NCBI GenBank assembly: GCA_043809585.1
Contig: JBDROZ010000011.1
Location: 1-55,222, forward strand
DNA length: 55,222 nt
Source: Candidatus Eiseniibacteriota bacterium
GTDB lineage: Bacteria; Orphanbacterota; Orphanbacteria; Orphanbacterales; Orphanbacteraceae
Direction: 5' to 3'
The position numbers and the translations under genes are program-made. The first letter of the stretch is position 1; the number at the start of each line of letters is the position of its first letter. This document shows, one piece after another, positions 18,887 through 28,960 of this stretch. Below the pieces are notes generated by a model. It was not told the origin of the DNA. It saw nothing but the letters and a program-made list of their open reading frames with translations, and did not search any database.

Positions 18887-20539
18887 CTATTCGCGCGCCC
18901 CGCCCCGTGGGGCGGGGTCTTCTTTGGTCACCCGGGTCACCCGGACGAACTCGTTCAGCGTGGTGATCCCGGCCCGCACCTTTTTGATCCCGTCCTCCCG
19001 AAGGAGGGTGAGCGATCCGGTCCGGCGGGCGATTTCGTAGAGCTGGGCCTCCTCGGCGCCGCGAACGATCGCACGGGCGAGTTCCCCCTCGATCCGGAAG
19101 AGCTCGTACAGGCCGGTCCTCCCCCGGTAGCCGGTGCCCCCGCACTCCCGGCACCCTTCCCCCCGCCAGATCTTCATTTCCCCGAGCTCGTCGGCGGAGA
19201 GCCCGATCAGGTCGCAGAGGTCCCACGCCGGCTCCGCTTCGGTTTTGCATCGGGCGCAGATTCGCCTCACCAGGCGCTGGGCGAGAATCCCTCTCACCGA
19301 CGATGCGACGAGATACGGGGGGATGCCCATGTCCACGAGCCGCGTCACGGCGCTGATCGAGTCGTTCGTGTGGAGCGTGGAGAGGACGAGATGCCCGGTG
19401 AGGGCGGCGCGAACGGCGATCTCCGCGGTATCCTGGTCCCGCACTTCGCCGATCATGATCACGTCAGGATCCTGGCGGAGGATCGACCGGAGCACGGAGG
19501 CGAAACTGAGCCCCGCCTTTTCGTTCACCTGCACCTGGTTGATCACCGGGAAGTTGAACTCCACGGGGTCTTCGACGGTCACGATGTTGCGGTCGATCGA
19601 GTTCAGTTCTTCGAGAGTGGCGTAGAGCGTCGAGGTCTTGCCGCTCCCCGTGGGACCGGTCACGAGGACCACGCCGTCCGGGTTCCGGACCATGTCGCGC
19701 CATCCCCCTCCGACGTTCGCGGGAAAGCCGAGCTCGTCCAGTTTCAGGTTGAGGGCGCTCCGGTCGAGGATCCGGAGCACCACCTTCTCCCCCATGACCG
19801 TGGGAAGGGTGCTCACCCGGAGGTCGACCTCCTTCTGTCCGGTGTGCACCAGCATCCGCCCGTCCTGCGGCCGCCGGCGCTCGGAGATGTCCATGTTCGA
19901 CATGGTCTTCACCCGGGAGATGAACGACGGGTGCACGTCCATGGAGAATCGGCCCGCCTCCCGGAGAACGCCGTCCACCCGGTAGCGGACGCGCAGCTCG
20001 GGCACGTCCGGTTCCACGTGGATGTCGCTCGCCCCGTCCCGGGTCGCCTGCAGGAGGATCACGTTCACCAGATTGACGATCGGGTACGCCGCGTCTTTCA
20101 TGTCGATCCGGTGGGCACGCGTCACCGATTCGTCGTCTTCCTCGTCCTCGTCCCGCGAGATGGTCTCCACCATTTTCCTGACGTCCGCGTCGACCCGGAA
20201 CCATCGATCGAGCGCATCGACGAGGTCCCGCTCCGAGCAGAGCGAGGGGAGAATGCTGCAGCCGGTGACGCGCCGGAGCTCGTCCAGGGCGAGCACATCC
20301 GTCGGGTCGGCCATGGCCACGGAGAGGGAGTTCTCGATGCGGAAGAGGGGGAGCACCCGCATTCGACGGGCGACGGACTCGGGAATGATGTCGACGATCT
20401 GCTCGTCCACGGTCGCCGAGGTGAGCTCGACGAAGGGGATGCCGAGCTCCTCGGCCCTCTTCTCGTTCGCCGAGAGGGGGAGGAGCGGCGCGTCCGGTTC
20501 GCCGGTCATGGCGGTCGTTCTCGCTTCCAACACGGACAC
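18887..20539 (-). CDS. Assembly ATPase GspE/PilB
   Basis: ASDIHVEP, Walker A GPTGSGKT, LRQDPDVIMIGEVRD, LSTLHTN, two CxxC. Confidence 0.96.
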   Translation of the reverse strand: MSVLEARTTAMTGEPDAPLLPLSANEKRAEELGIPFVELTSATVDEQIVDIIPESVARRMRVLPLFRIENSLSVAMADPTDVLALDELRRVTGCSILPSLCSERDLVDALDRWFRVDADVRKMVETISRDEDEEDDESVTRAHRIDMKDAAYPIVNLVNVILLQATRDGASDIHVEPDVPELRVRYRVDGVLREAGRFSMDVHPSFISRVKTMSNMDISERRRPQDGRMLVHTGQKEVDLRVSTLPTVMGEKVVLRILDRSALNLKLDELGFPANVGGGWRDMVRNPDGVVLVTGPTGSGKTSTLYATLEELNSIDRNIVTVEDPVEFNFPVINQVQVNEKAGLSFASVLRSILRQDPDVIMIGEVRDQDTAEIAVRAALTGHLVLSTLHTNDSISAVTRLVDMGIPPYLVASSVRGILAQRLVRRICARCKTEAEPAWDLCDLIGLSADELGEMKIWRGEGCRECGGTGYRGRTGLYELFRIEGELARAIVRGAEEAQLYEIARRTGSLTLLREDGIKKVRAGITTLNEFVRVTRVTKEDPAPRGGARE

Positions 20540-20665
20540 CTCCCGGGAGACGGGGGGGGTAAGAGGAGGGAGGATCGACCCCTCCCCGGTTCGTCTTCAT
20601 CCCGAGGATCGGACGGTGCCGGAAAACGCTTGAGCCGGTTCCGGTAAGGGCGGATTGGGGGGGGC

Positions 20666-22321
20666 CTACGGCCCGGAGGAGCGAACGAAGTCGCCGAAGG
20701 GGCGGCCGGTGAGGAAGAGGTGGCCCAGGTCGACTTCGAGGAGCAACGTCCCCCGCCGGAGGTCCCGGGCCACGTCGATTCTGATCGCCTTCGCCTCCCG
20801 GATCTTCATGAGACCGAGCCGGAGGCCGAGACCGGCCGTCGAATGGAGGTCCTCGGCGCGGACCGGCTCGTCCCGGTCCCAAGCGGCGCCCACGTCGAAG
20901 AAGAGGGCCCCGCCGAAGGCGACCGTGAGCCACTGGAGGTCCGAGAATACGCGGTTTTCGAGGTTGAGCACCATCCGCCGCTGGCCGATGTCGCTCCTCC
21001 CTTCGTAGCCTCGCATTCCGTTCGATCCGTCCACGAAATACTCCCGGCCCGCCTCCACCTTCCACGCCTCCTCCCAGAGAAACCGGGCCACGAAGGTGTT
21101 CCGGGGGGACCAGCGGTGATAGTACTTCGCGTCCGAAGAGAGAACCGTCCGGCGCCACTCCTCGTCGTGCCGTTCCGACGTGAGCCGGGCGGAGAGAAAG
21201 GTGTAACGCCCCGGGCCGGCGGAAAAGCCGAAGTGCGTCTCCGTGGCGAGGCGCCACCGGGCGGCGGACCTCCAGACCGGCCCGAAGGAGAGGGCGCCGA
21301 ATCCGCCGAGCTCGATGTCCTCCACCTGGTCGAAGTAATCGATCCGGCTCTCCTCGACGAAGCGGAACCTTCCGAGACGGACGCTGAGGGGGAGATGGCC
21401 GAGGTCCTCGCTCCCCGGCAGGATCGTCGTGTCGGGTTCGGCATCTTCCGGAAAGCGGAGATCGTCATGGGTCCGCCTCTCCCGGACGATTTCCGCTCCG
21501 ATGAGGAGCTTCCGGTAGCGGTCGCCCAGCATGCGCGAGACTCCGGCGCTCTCCCAGCGGAATTCCCTGACGAAGCGCCCGATCTCCCGGTCCCGCCGAA
21601 AGACGCGGTCGTCCCTCGAGTCGTAGATGATTCGCCCCCCGCCCCCCCATCGAGCGTCGAGGGAGTAAAAGGGACGCCGGAAATCCGCCCCCCACTCCTT
21701 CCCGTCGTCGAGGTCCCGGCGGTACGCCCGGGCGGTCCATCGGCGGCCGAGGACCAGAGGGTCGGCGTAGAGCCAGCCGAACCCGTCGTCATCCCCGGTT
21801 CGGTGATAGCTGACTTCGAACCGTTTGCCCCGGCCGAGGACGTTCTGCTCTTCCAGGCGGATGTCCAGCTCCCCCCCCCCCTCCGCTCCGCTCTCTCCCT
21901 TCTCGAGGGCGACCGAGAGCTGCGTCGACCAGATGTCGTGGGTTTCGACGACCACGTCTTGTACGTTGCCCCGCCTCTCCCCGGGGACGACGGACGCGAA
22001 GTTGATGAAAGAGAGGGCCCGGAGGTTCCGCTCCGTTTCTTCCAGGACTTCCGGATCGTACGAATCCCCTTCGTGGAAGAGGATCGCCTCCCGGATCACG
22101 TCTCTCCGGGTCTTGACGTGGAGCGCGTTCAGCCAGCTGAAGGGGAAACGGTCGTACCCGGGGACGGAGGGGTTGAAGACCTCCTTGCCGAGGATGATCA
22201 CCTCGCCGACGAGAACCTCGTCGCTCCCATTCTCCTCCGTCATCGGCGCGGCGAAGGCGAGCATCGGCGTCAGGACGATTCCGAGGAGGGGGAACCTCCG
22301 CCGGAGCGGGGCGGGAATCAT
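20666..22321 (-). CDS. Omp85 (BamA/TamA-like) outer-membrane protein
   Basis: Signal peptide, POTRA-like segment, EQNVLGRG barrel start, MRGY loop motif, FFDVGAAW, GLGLRLG. Confidence 0.85.
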   Translation of the reverse strand: MIPAPLRRRFPLLGIVLTPMLAFAAPMTEENGSDEVLVGEVIILGKEVFNPSVPGYDRFPFSWLNALHVKTRRDVIREAILFHEGDSYDPEVLEETERNLRALSFINFASVVPGERRGNVQDVVVETHDIWSTQLSVALEKGESGAEGGGELDIRLEEQNVLGRGKRFEVSYHRTGDDDGFGWLYADPLVLGRRWTARAYRRDLDDGKEWGADFRRPFYSLDARWGGGGRIIYDSRDDRVFRRDREIGRFVREFRWESAGVSRMLGDRYRKLLIGAEIVRERRTHDDLRFPEDAEPDTTILPGSEDLGHLPLSVRLGRFRFVEESRIDYFDQVEDIELGGFGALSFGPVWRSAARWRLATETHFGFSAGPGRYTFLSARLTSERHDEEWRRTVLSSDAKYYHRWSPRNTFVARFLWEEAWKVEAGREYFVDGSNGMRGYEGRSDIGQRRMVLNLENRVFSDLQWLTVAFGGALFFDVGAAWDRDEPVRAEDLHSTAGLGLRLGLMKIREAKAIRIDVARDLRRGTLLLEVDLGHLFLTGRPFGDFVRSSGP

Positions 22322-23856
22322 CCAAGCTCCTCGAGGGGGGGTGGGGTGGTGGAGGGGGCGAGGGGGCGGTCGGCGAGGACCCGCCGGAGCACTTTCCCCG
22401 TGGCGCCCCGGGGAAGCTCGCGGAGGATCTCCACGTGAGCGGGGATCTTGTAGGGGGCGAGGCGGCCCCGGAGGAACCGAACGATCTCGGCCGGAATGAC
22501 CTCCCGATCCTCGGCGGGGACCACGAAGGCCCTCGGGACTTCCCCCCGGAGACGGTCCGCCGCGCGGACCACGGCCGCCGCGGCCACGTCGGGATGGGCG
22601 GCGATCGCCTCCTCCACTTCCCGGGGGTAGACGTTGATCCCCCGAACCAGGATGAGATCTCTCTTCCGGTCGTGGATCGTGATCGCTCCGTCATCGTCGA
22701 GGCTCGCGAGGTCCCCCGTGGAAAGCCATCCCTCCCGGACGGGCGAAGAACCGCCGAGATAGCACTCCGCCACGTTCGGGCCCCGGACGAGCAGCTCGCC
22801 GATCTCCCTGACCGCCATCTCCTTTCCCCCTTGGTCCACGATCCGTACTTCCACGCCCGGCAATGGAGGGCCGACCGTTCCGCGCCGGCTCCGCCCCGGC
22901 CGGTTGACGGAGACCACCGGTCCCGCCTCGGTCAGGCCGTAGCCCTCGAGGAGGGGAGCGCCGAAGGTCTTCTCCACCTTCTCGATCGTCTCCACGGGAA
23001 GAGGGGCGCTTCCGGAAACCATCACCCGGATGCGGTGAAGCTTCCGGAAGAGGAGGGGGATCTTCTTCCGGGCGAGGGCGTTGTAGACGGCGGGGACGCC
23101 GATGAAGTAGGTCACCTTCTTCCGTAGAACCTCGTCTCTCATGATCGCCGGAAAGTTGCGGGCCGACCGGACGAGCACGATCGCCGCGCCGATGGCGGCG
23201 GGGAGGAAAAGACAGACCGTGAGCGAAAAGGTGTGAAAGAGGGGCAGAAAGAGGAGGAACCGGTCCGACGGTCCCGGTCCGAGAGCCTGCGCGCACTGAT
23301 CCACGTTGGCGGTCAGGTTCCGGTGCGTGAGGAGAACGCCCCGGGGGTCCCCCTCGGTGCCGGACGTGAAGAGAAGAAGCGCCCCGTCGTCCGGGGCGGG
23401 ACGGGGGTGGCCGCCCTCGATCTCTCCGCCTTTCGCGAGGTCCTCGAAGGGGACCCATCCCGCCCGCTCCCCGTGGGCGAGGTAACGGCCCTTCGGAGGC
23501 ACCCGGTCCTTCGGAAGGATGCCGGCGAAATCGCCTTCCGCGATCCACGCGGCCGGTTCGATCCGCCGGAGGAGAACGTCCACCTCGGGAGGGGTGAGGA
23601 AGTGATTGACCGGCGCCGCCGTCGCCCCCACCCGGAAAAGGGCGAAGGCGGCCTCGGCGAACTCGGGTACGTTTCCGAGGGCGAGGGCGACCCGGTCGCC
23701 CGGCCCCAGACCCGCCCGCCGGAGGCCTTCGGCGAGGCGCCGGACCCGCCGGGCGAAGGGGGCATATTCGATTCGAGCCCCTTCGAACAGGATGAAAGGG
23801 CGGCCGCCGTGGGCTTCCGCGGAGTGGTCGAGGTATCTGTCGAGAGTGGCTGTCAT
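22318..23856 (-). CDS. Long-chain fatty acid-CoA ligase / AMP-binding enzyme
   Basis: FTSGTEGDPRG, EGYGLTE, STGD, YPREVE, TGKV. Confidence 0.93.
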   Translation of the reverse strand: MTATLDRYLDHSAEAHGGRPFILFEGARIEYAPFARRVRRLAEGLRRAGLGPGDRVALALGNVPEFAEAAFALFRVGATAAPVNHFLTPPEVDVLLRRIEPAAWIAEGDFAGILPKDRVPPKGRYLAHGERAGWVPFEDLAKGGEIEGGHPRPAPDDGALLLFTSGTEGDPRGVLLTHRNLTANVDQCAQALGPGPSDRFLLFLPLFHTFSLTVCLFLPAAIGAAIVLVRSARNFPAIMRDEVLRKKVTYFIGVPAVYNALARKKIPLLFRKLHRIRVMVSGSAPLPVETIEKVEKTFGAPLLEGYGLTEAGPVVSVNRPGRSRRGTVGPPLPGVEVRIVDQGGKEMAVREIGELLVRGPNVAECYLGGSSPVREGWLSTGDLASLDDDGAITIHDRKRDLILVRGINVYPREVEEAIAAHPDVAAAAVVRAADRLRGEVPRAFVVPAEDREVIPAEIVRFLRGRLAPYKIPAHVEILRELPRGATGKVLRRVLADRPLAPSTTPPPLEELG

Positions 23857-23961
23857 TAAGAGAGGTTACCATGCCAAGAGGGGCGGAGAAATCTTTAATC
23901 AAAGTTGCCCTTGCCCCCGTCTCTGAGGTTAGAGTAGCAGAAGCCCGAAGGAGGATATTAC

Positions 23962-24621
23962 ATGAAGGGAATCCTGAAACTCGCCCTGCTCGGAGCGATC
24001 GCCCTCCCGATCGCGCTGTTCCACACGGAGGCCACGGTCCGGGCGGAAGACCGGGAAGGCGAGAGGCTGAAGAAGCAGATCTCCATCATGGAGAAGATCA
24101 TCGACGAGGCGATGGTGGAGAGCGAACACGCCCTCGTGAAGTCGACCCATCCGACCCGCGGCGTCTACATCGAGGGATACGGCCCGGTGTTCACTCTCGA
24201 AGTGGGGCTCGTGGACGAGCGGTTTCGCTGGGACAAGCTGTCGAAGCTCCTCGAGTTCGGCGACGGATACTCGGTCATCAAGGAAGAGAACGAGGAAGAC
24301 GGGGAAACGACGATCACGATCCGGCGGAAGAAAGGGAATGACGAGGTCGTGGTGGATGAAGAGGTGATCAGCGAGGACCAGCGGTGGGATCTCGTCAAGA
24401 AGGAGCTGGTCGAGGTGATCCGGGACTACGGCGACACCATCGCCCGGGCCAAGCCGGACGAGTGGCTGACGCTCCTCGCCACCCCCCTCTCGGGAACGTG
24501 GGGGAAAGCGGAATCGGATCGTCTGATCATCCGAGTGCAGATGAAGGAAATCACGGCGTTCAACGACTCGAAACTGAGCGAGAGCAACTTCGAGAAGAGA
24601 GTGCAGATCATCGAGTCTTGA
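23962..24621 (+). CDS. Secreted hypothetical protein
   Basis: AGGAGG RBS, signal peptide, host-like codon usage. Confidence 0.8.
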   Translation: MKGILKLALLGAIALPIALFHTEATVRAEDREGERLKKQISIMEKIIDEAMVESEHALVKSTHPTRGVYIEGYGPVFTLEVGLVDERFRWDKLSKLLEFGDGYSVIKEENEEDGETTITIRRKKGNDEVVVDEEVISEDQRWDLVKKELVEVIRDYGDTIARAKPDEWLTLLATPLSGTWGKAESDRLIIRVQMKEITAFNDSKLSESNFEKRVQIIES

Positions 24622-24645
24622 GAGAGCCTCCCCTGTCCGTGCGAG

Positions 24646-24679
24646 AAGGCCCCGCGGCGGCAAACGGCCGCGGGGCCTT
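24646..24679 (+). terminator. Putative intrinsic terminator hairpin
   Basis: AAGGCCCCGCGGC...GCCGCGGGGCCTT 13-bp stem about 25 bp after the stop; weak U tract. Confidence 0.55.
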
Positions 24680-24801
24680 GGCCGTTTTCGGCCGCCCGTA
24701 ACCCCCTTTCCCCGCGGGGGTTCCACACTGTTCAAAACTCGAGCCGAAGGTCGCCCTCCTCCCTGCCGATGATTCGGAGTGAAGGAGAGAGGAGGAGACT
24801 C

Positions 24802-25170
24802 GTGCGCTTTCTGATCAAACTCGTCCTCGCTCTCGCATGCGCCCACGGCCTGTTTCTCCTCGGGTTCCCCCACGTGCTGCATCGCATGCTCGGCATGCGG
24901 GTCCGGGAGATCGTGGCCGAATCGAGGGCCAACTCAGAGCAATACATCGAGAGCGAAATCCTGGCGTACGCCCACGACAAGAAGATCCCCCTCGAGCCGA
25001 ACCGGATACTGGTTTGGCGGGTCGAGGACCGGATCCGGGTCGTGCTCGACTACGAGCAGACCGTCGAGATCCCCTTCTACACGACGTCGAAGCGGTTCAG
25101 CATTGCCTATCCGGAGGGAACGACGCTCCCCCGCTCCTACTCGCGGAGGGCTTCCGCCGCCGCCCGGTGA
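24802..25170 (+). CDS. Small membrane-anchored hypothetical protein (DUF4845-like)
   Basis: GTG after AGGAG; N-terminal TM; VVLDYEQTVEIPF. Confidence 0.6.
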   Translation: MRFLIKLVLALACAHGLFLLGFPHVLHRMLGMRVREIVAESRANSEQYIESEILAYAHDKKIPLEPNRILVWRVEDRIRVVLDYEQTVEIPFYTTSKRFSIAYPEGTTLPRSYSRRASAAAR

Positions 25171-26006
25171 GCTCGGAAGGCCCGGCCCGCCTTCGAGTCG
25201 TCCGAGACGGCATAGCAGTAGACGCAGCCGAGGGGACATGTGTCGTAGGCTCCGATGTCCCGGCTCTCCGCGCAGCCGCACCCCTCCCGGGTCGGCTTTC
25301 TCCCGGCGGTGAACCGCTCCTCCGGGGCGATCCGCCGGATCCGCTCGACGTCGACGCAGGCGCCGGCGGCCACACCTTCCGGACGGAAGCCTTCCTCGCA
25401 GCAGGTCGCGAGGCGGATCCCCGCTTCCCCCGCGATTTCCGAAAGCCGGAGGATCAACCGCCCCCCCTCCTCGGGGGAAGGAAATCTTGTCTCAATCCCC
25501 GCGGCCGAGAGGCGGCGGACCGTCTTCCGGTAAGGATCGAGAAAGCTGACCATCACCGTGTCCGTCCGTCCCCGGAGGCGGGCCGCCATCGCACGGAACC
25601 GCCGCAGGTGGTCCCCCTCCTCGAGCCCCGCGGTCAGTATGATCGGATCGTATCGCCAGACCACGCGATCCGGGCCGATCCGGTCCGAGAGCCGGAGAAG
25701 TCCGCGGAGGCGCCGCTCCGGATCCCCTGCGGGTTCGAGGGAACGGGGGTAGGCGGTCCAGGTGTACTGGAAATAATAGGGGAAGCCGCCGTCGTCCAGA
25801 ATATCGAGAACGGGGAGGAAAGGGAAAACGTCGCGGGTCCAGAAGACGATCCCCGCCAAATCCTCCCTCCGCAGGGAGACCTCGAAGAGCCGGGGGGAGA
25901 AAGGGGTCCGGTACCTTGCGAACCCCGCGTGCAGCCTCTCCCGGAACCACCGGCCGTAAGCGGCGGGAAGATCGGTCCGCCGGCTGGCAGATAGAATCCG
26001 CTTCAC
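25137..26006 (-). CDS. DUF1848 family protein
   Basis: ILSASRRTDLPA, VFWT, WRYDPI, GCGCAESRDIGAYDTCPLGCVYCYA. Confidence 0.9.
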   Translation of the reverse strand: MKRILSASRRTDLPAAYGRWFRERLHAGFARYRTPFSPRLFEVSLRREDLAGIVFWTRDVFPFLPVLDILDDGGFPYYFQYTWTAYPRSLEPAGDPERRLRGLLRLSDRIGPDRVVWRYDPIILTAGLEEGDHLRRFRAMAARLRGRTDTVMVSFLDPYRKTVRRLSAAGIETRFPSPEEGGRLILRLSEIAGEAGIRLATCCEEGFRPEGVAAGACVDVERIRRIAPEERFTAGRKPTREGCGCAESRDIGAYDTCPLGCVYCYAVSDDSKAGRAFRAHRAAAEALRE

Positions 26007-26013
26007 CCTTCGC

Positions 26014-27747
26014 CTACTTCCCTCCGTAGCTGACCTCGGCGCGGGGGAGTTTCCCTCCCCGGGAGGTCATCTCGAGGCGGCGCGATGTGCTGATCGCGGC
26101 CGTCCCCGTCGGCAGGGAAGCGGAGAGATTCGACATGGACTGTTTCTGCCCCCGGGGCACCACGGCGATGTCGGCATCCTGCAGGATCACCATGAAGGGG
26201 CCCGCCGCCCGCGGGTCCGCGTCGGGTTCGAGGGAAATCATCACCGCGTGGCGCCCGTTGTCCAGATCTCTCACGACGCCTCGGAGGTAGTCCTGGCCCG
26301 GAAAGGGCGGTGCCGCCGCCAGCGTGTCGGCGTAGGGGCCCGCCCCGTCCGAATCGGCGGCCCGGGGGCTCGTGAATGTCCCGGTCGAGAGGGTGTCGAT
26401 CGTCGCCGACGTGCGATAGAGCCACGCCTCGTAGTGCCACCCGGATGGGGCGTCCGGCAGGGTGAGGGTCGACGTCGTCGTCCCGCCCGCCTCCTCGTAG
26501 AACCAGATCCCCCGGCGATAGTCGGCGGCGTTCAGGTTCGACGGGGTTTCGAGAATGTACGAACCGGTGACGGCCGCCGGGTCGAACCCGAGCGCCGTCG
26601 CGTGGGCCATGGAAAGACTGACCGAGTTGTTGCTGACGTCCCCCGCGAGAACGAAGGAGCCGCTCGGCGCCGGGTCGGGATCGGAGGTGAGTTCGACCGA
26701 AACGCGGACCTCCGAAGCGTCCAGGAGGTTGCAGCCGATCGGGAACGACTTGATCTCGACGCCCGTCGTTACATCGACGATGCGGCGGTTCTGAATCTTG
26801 AACCTGCCGGCGGAGGAGAGCGTGTCGCCGAAGACGGCCCACAGTTCGTAGTAGGCGCTCGACGGAAGGGCCTTGAGGTTGTTCACCGTGAGAAGGAGGC
26901 CGCCGCTGCCGGCGACCCGGCCGAGGATCTGGAGGAAGAAGGGCCCTCCGTCCTCGTCCGGCTCCGGCTCGACGGTCACGAAAGCGCCGAACTTGCCGCT
27001 ATCCACCTGAAGAACCGGCACGCCCCCGGCGGCGGTCACGAAATCTTGCCCGGGGAACGGGTAGCCGGCGCCGGGTCCGGCGGTTCCCCCCGGGCCGTCC
27101 GAATCCGCCGCGCCCGGGCTGGCGAAACGACCCGTCGAGTAGACGGCGCCCGTGTACCGCTCGATGACCCATCCTTCGTAGATCCAGCCTCCCGAGAGGG
27201 AGGGGAGGCCCAGGCCCTGTCCCCCTTCGCCGTCGGTCCACCAGATCCCGCGCCCGCAGTCGGTGATGTCCGCCGTCGTCGGAGTGTCGAAGAGGAAGGA
27301 ACCGGTGGCCGAGGAGAGATCGACACCGATGCCCCCCCCCCCGTGGGCGATGGTCAGGCTCGCTTCACCCTCCGTCGCCGGACCCGCCAGGAAGGGATGG
27401 CTTCCCGGGGCGCTCCCGGTCGTATCGCTCTCGACGGTGAGGATCAAGGCCGTGGCGGACGCGAGGGTCGATTCCTGCTCGAGCGAGGAGATCGGATCGC
27501 CCTTCAAGGTGACCGGCGCGCCGTCCTTCACCGAGAACCGGAGGACCAGCTCCGCGCCGCCCCCCCCCGCGGCCCAGAGCGCGAAATGGTAAGGAGAGGG
27601 ATCTTCGAAGTTCCGCAGCGTCAGGACCAGTTGATCCGCACCGTCGGCCGGGCCGGTCGGATTGGTGCTCTTGTCGTCGCCGCATCCCCCGCCCGTGAGC
27701 AGAAGAGCCGAAAGCAGAAAGATCCCCGCGGACCTACGAAGGCACAT
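26014..27747 (-). CDS. Lipoprotein with tandemly duplicated RskA-C-like (anti-sigma-annotated) modules
   Basis: Lipobox GGGC; two long repeats (GW.YE.W...STG.F..P.AADSDG.G...PFPGQD). Confidence 0.75.
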   Translation of the reverse strand: MCLRRSAGIFLLSALLLTGGGCGDDKSTNPTGPADGADQLVLTLRNFEDPSPYHFALWAAGGGGAELVLRFSVKDGAPVTLKGDPISSLEQESTLASATALILTVESDTTGSAPGSHPFLAGPATEGEASLTIAHGGGGIGVDLSSATGSFLFDTPTTADITDCGRGIWWTDGEGGQGLGLPSLSGGWIYEGWVIERYTGAVYSTGRFASPGAADSDGPGGTAGPGAGYPFPGQDFVTAAGGVPVLQVDSGKFGAFVTVEPEPDEDGGPFFLQILGRVAGSGGLLLTVNNLKALPSSAYYELWAVFGDTLSSAGRFKIQNRRIVDVTTGVEIKSFPIGCNLLDASEVRVSVELTSDPDPAPSGSFVLAGDVSNNSVSLSMAHATALGFDPAAVTGSYILETPSNLNAADYRRGIWFYEEAGGTTTSTLTLPDAPSGWHYEAWLYRTSATIDTLSTGTFTSPRAADSDGAGPYADTLAAAPPFPGQDYLRGVVRDLDNGRHAVMISLEPDADPRAAGPFMVILQDADIAVVPRGQKQSMSNLSASLPTGTAAISTSRRLEMTSRGGKLPRAEVSYGGK

Positions 27748-27895
27748 GTTCGATCCCCCATCCTGGTATGTCGAAAAACCGGGGAAGGTCCCCCTCCGCC
27801 CTCGCGGCGGGGGGACGGGACGGCCGAAGACCGCCGGCCAACGTACGATACCCTGTTCCCCCGGGAACGTCAATTCTCGTGAAGACCCCGGCGGG

Positions 27896-28960
27896 CTATC
27901 GCCGGCGTGGGTCGAAGGCGTCCCGGAGGCCGTCGCCCACGAGGTTGAACGAAACCACGGTGAAAAGAATGGCGAGCCCCGGGAAGGTCGCGATCCACCA
28001 TGCCTGGGTCAGGGTGTCCCGGCCGTCGCTGATCATGGTCCCCCAACTCGCCGTGGGGGGTTGGACGCCGAGTCCGAGGAAGGAGAGGGAGGCCTCGAGC
28101 ATCACCGTGTTCCCGATGCCGAGAGTGGCGGCCACGATGATCGGCGCCACCACGTTCGGGAGGATGTGGCGGAAGATGATCCGGGGCGCGCCGTAGCCGA
28201 GGGCCCGGGCGGCGGTCACGAACTCCCGCTCCCGGAGGGAGAGCACTTCCCCGCGGACGAGGCGGGCGGTGCCCATCCAGCCGGTCAGGCCGAGGACGGC
28301 CACGAGAAGAAAGACGGAGGGCCGGAAGATGGCGATGACGGCGAGAAGGAGGATCAGCCGGGGAAAGGAGAGGAGCATGTCGACGAGGCGCATCAGAATC
28401 CGGTCGGGGATCCCCCGGTAGTAGCCGGCCGTCGCCCCGACCAGGGCGCCGATGCCGACGCCGACGGCCACGGCGACGAAGCCGATGGTGAGCGAAATCC
28501 GCGAGCCGTAGAGGATTCGGGAGAGAACGTCCCGGCCGAAACGGTCGGTGCCGAGGGGGTTCTGGGCGGAGGGGGCCCGGAACATGCCGGAGTCGAGATT
28601 CTGCCGGTTCGGATCGGCGGGGGCGAGGAGGGGAGTCAGGAGCGCGGCGAGGTAGAGCAGGATCATCGCCGCGAGGCCCGCTCCGGCGAGGCGGTTCCGG
28701 TGGAACCGGGCGGCAAACGCGGAGGACCGGGACCGCCTTCCCTTCTCCCTCCCTTCGGCGACGAGGAGGAGCAGCATCGCCCCGAGAAGCGCGGCGGCGG
28801 CGAGAATCCCCCCGAAGTCCCCCTCCTTCGCGAACGCAAGCGCCCGGCCGCCGCGGAAGAGGGCGACCGCGAGAAGGGAGAGAAAGAGCACGAGCCGGAA
28901 GAGGCCGGAGGCCCTCCTCCCCCGCCTGAGATCGCCGAGGCCGGGAAGGGGGGGCCTCAC
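27896..28960 (-). CDS. Peptide ABC transporter permease (DppC/OppC)
   Basis: PLGTDRFGRDVLSRILYGSRISL, EFVTAARALG, EASLSFLGLG, GDGLRDAFDP. Confidence 0.93.
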   Translation of the reverse strand: MRPPLPGLGDLRRGRRASGLFRLVLFLSLLAVALFRGGRALAFAKEGDFGGILAAAALLGAMLLLLVAEGREKGRRSRSSAFAARFHRNRLAGAGLAAMILLYLAALLTPLLAPADPNRQNLDSGMFRAPSAQNPLGTDRFGRDVLSRILYGSRISLTIGFVAVAVGVGIGALVGATAGYYRGIPDRILMRLVDMLLSFPRLILLLAVIAIFRPSVFLLVAVLGLTGWMGTARLVRGEVLSLREREFVTAARALGYGAPRIIFRHILPNVVAPIIVAATLGIGNTVMLEASLSFLGLGVQPPTASWGTMISDGRDTLTQAWWIATFPGLAILFTVVSFNLVGDGLRDAFDPRRR

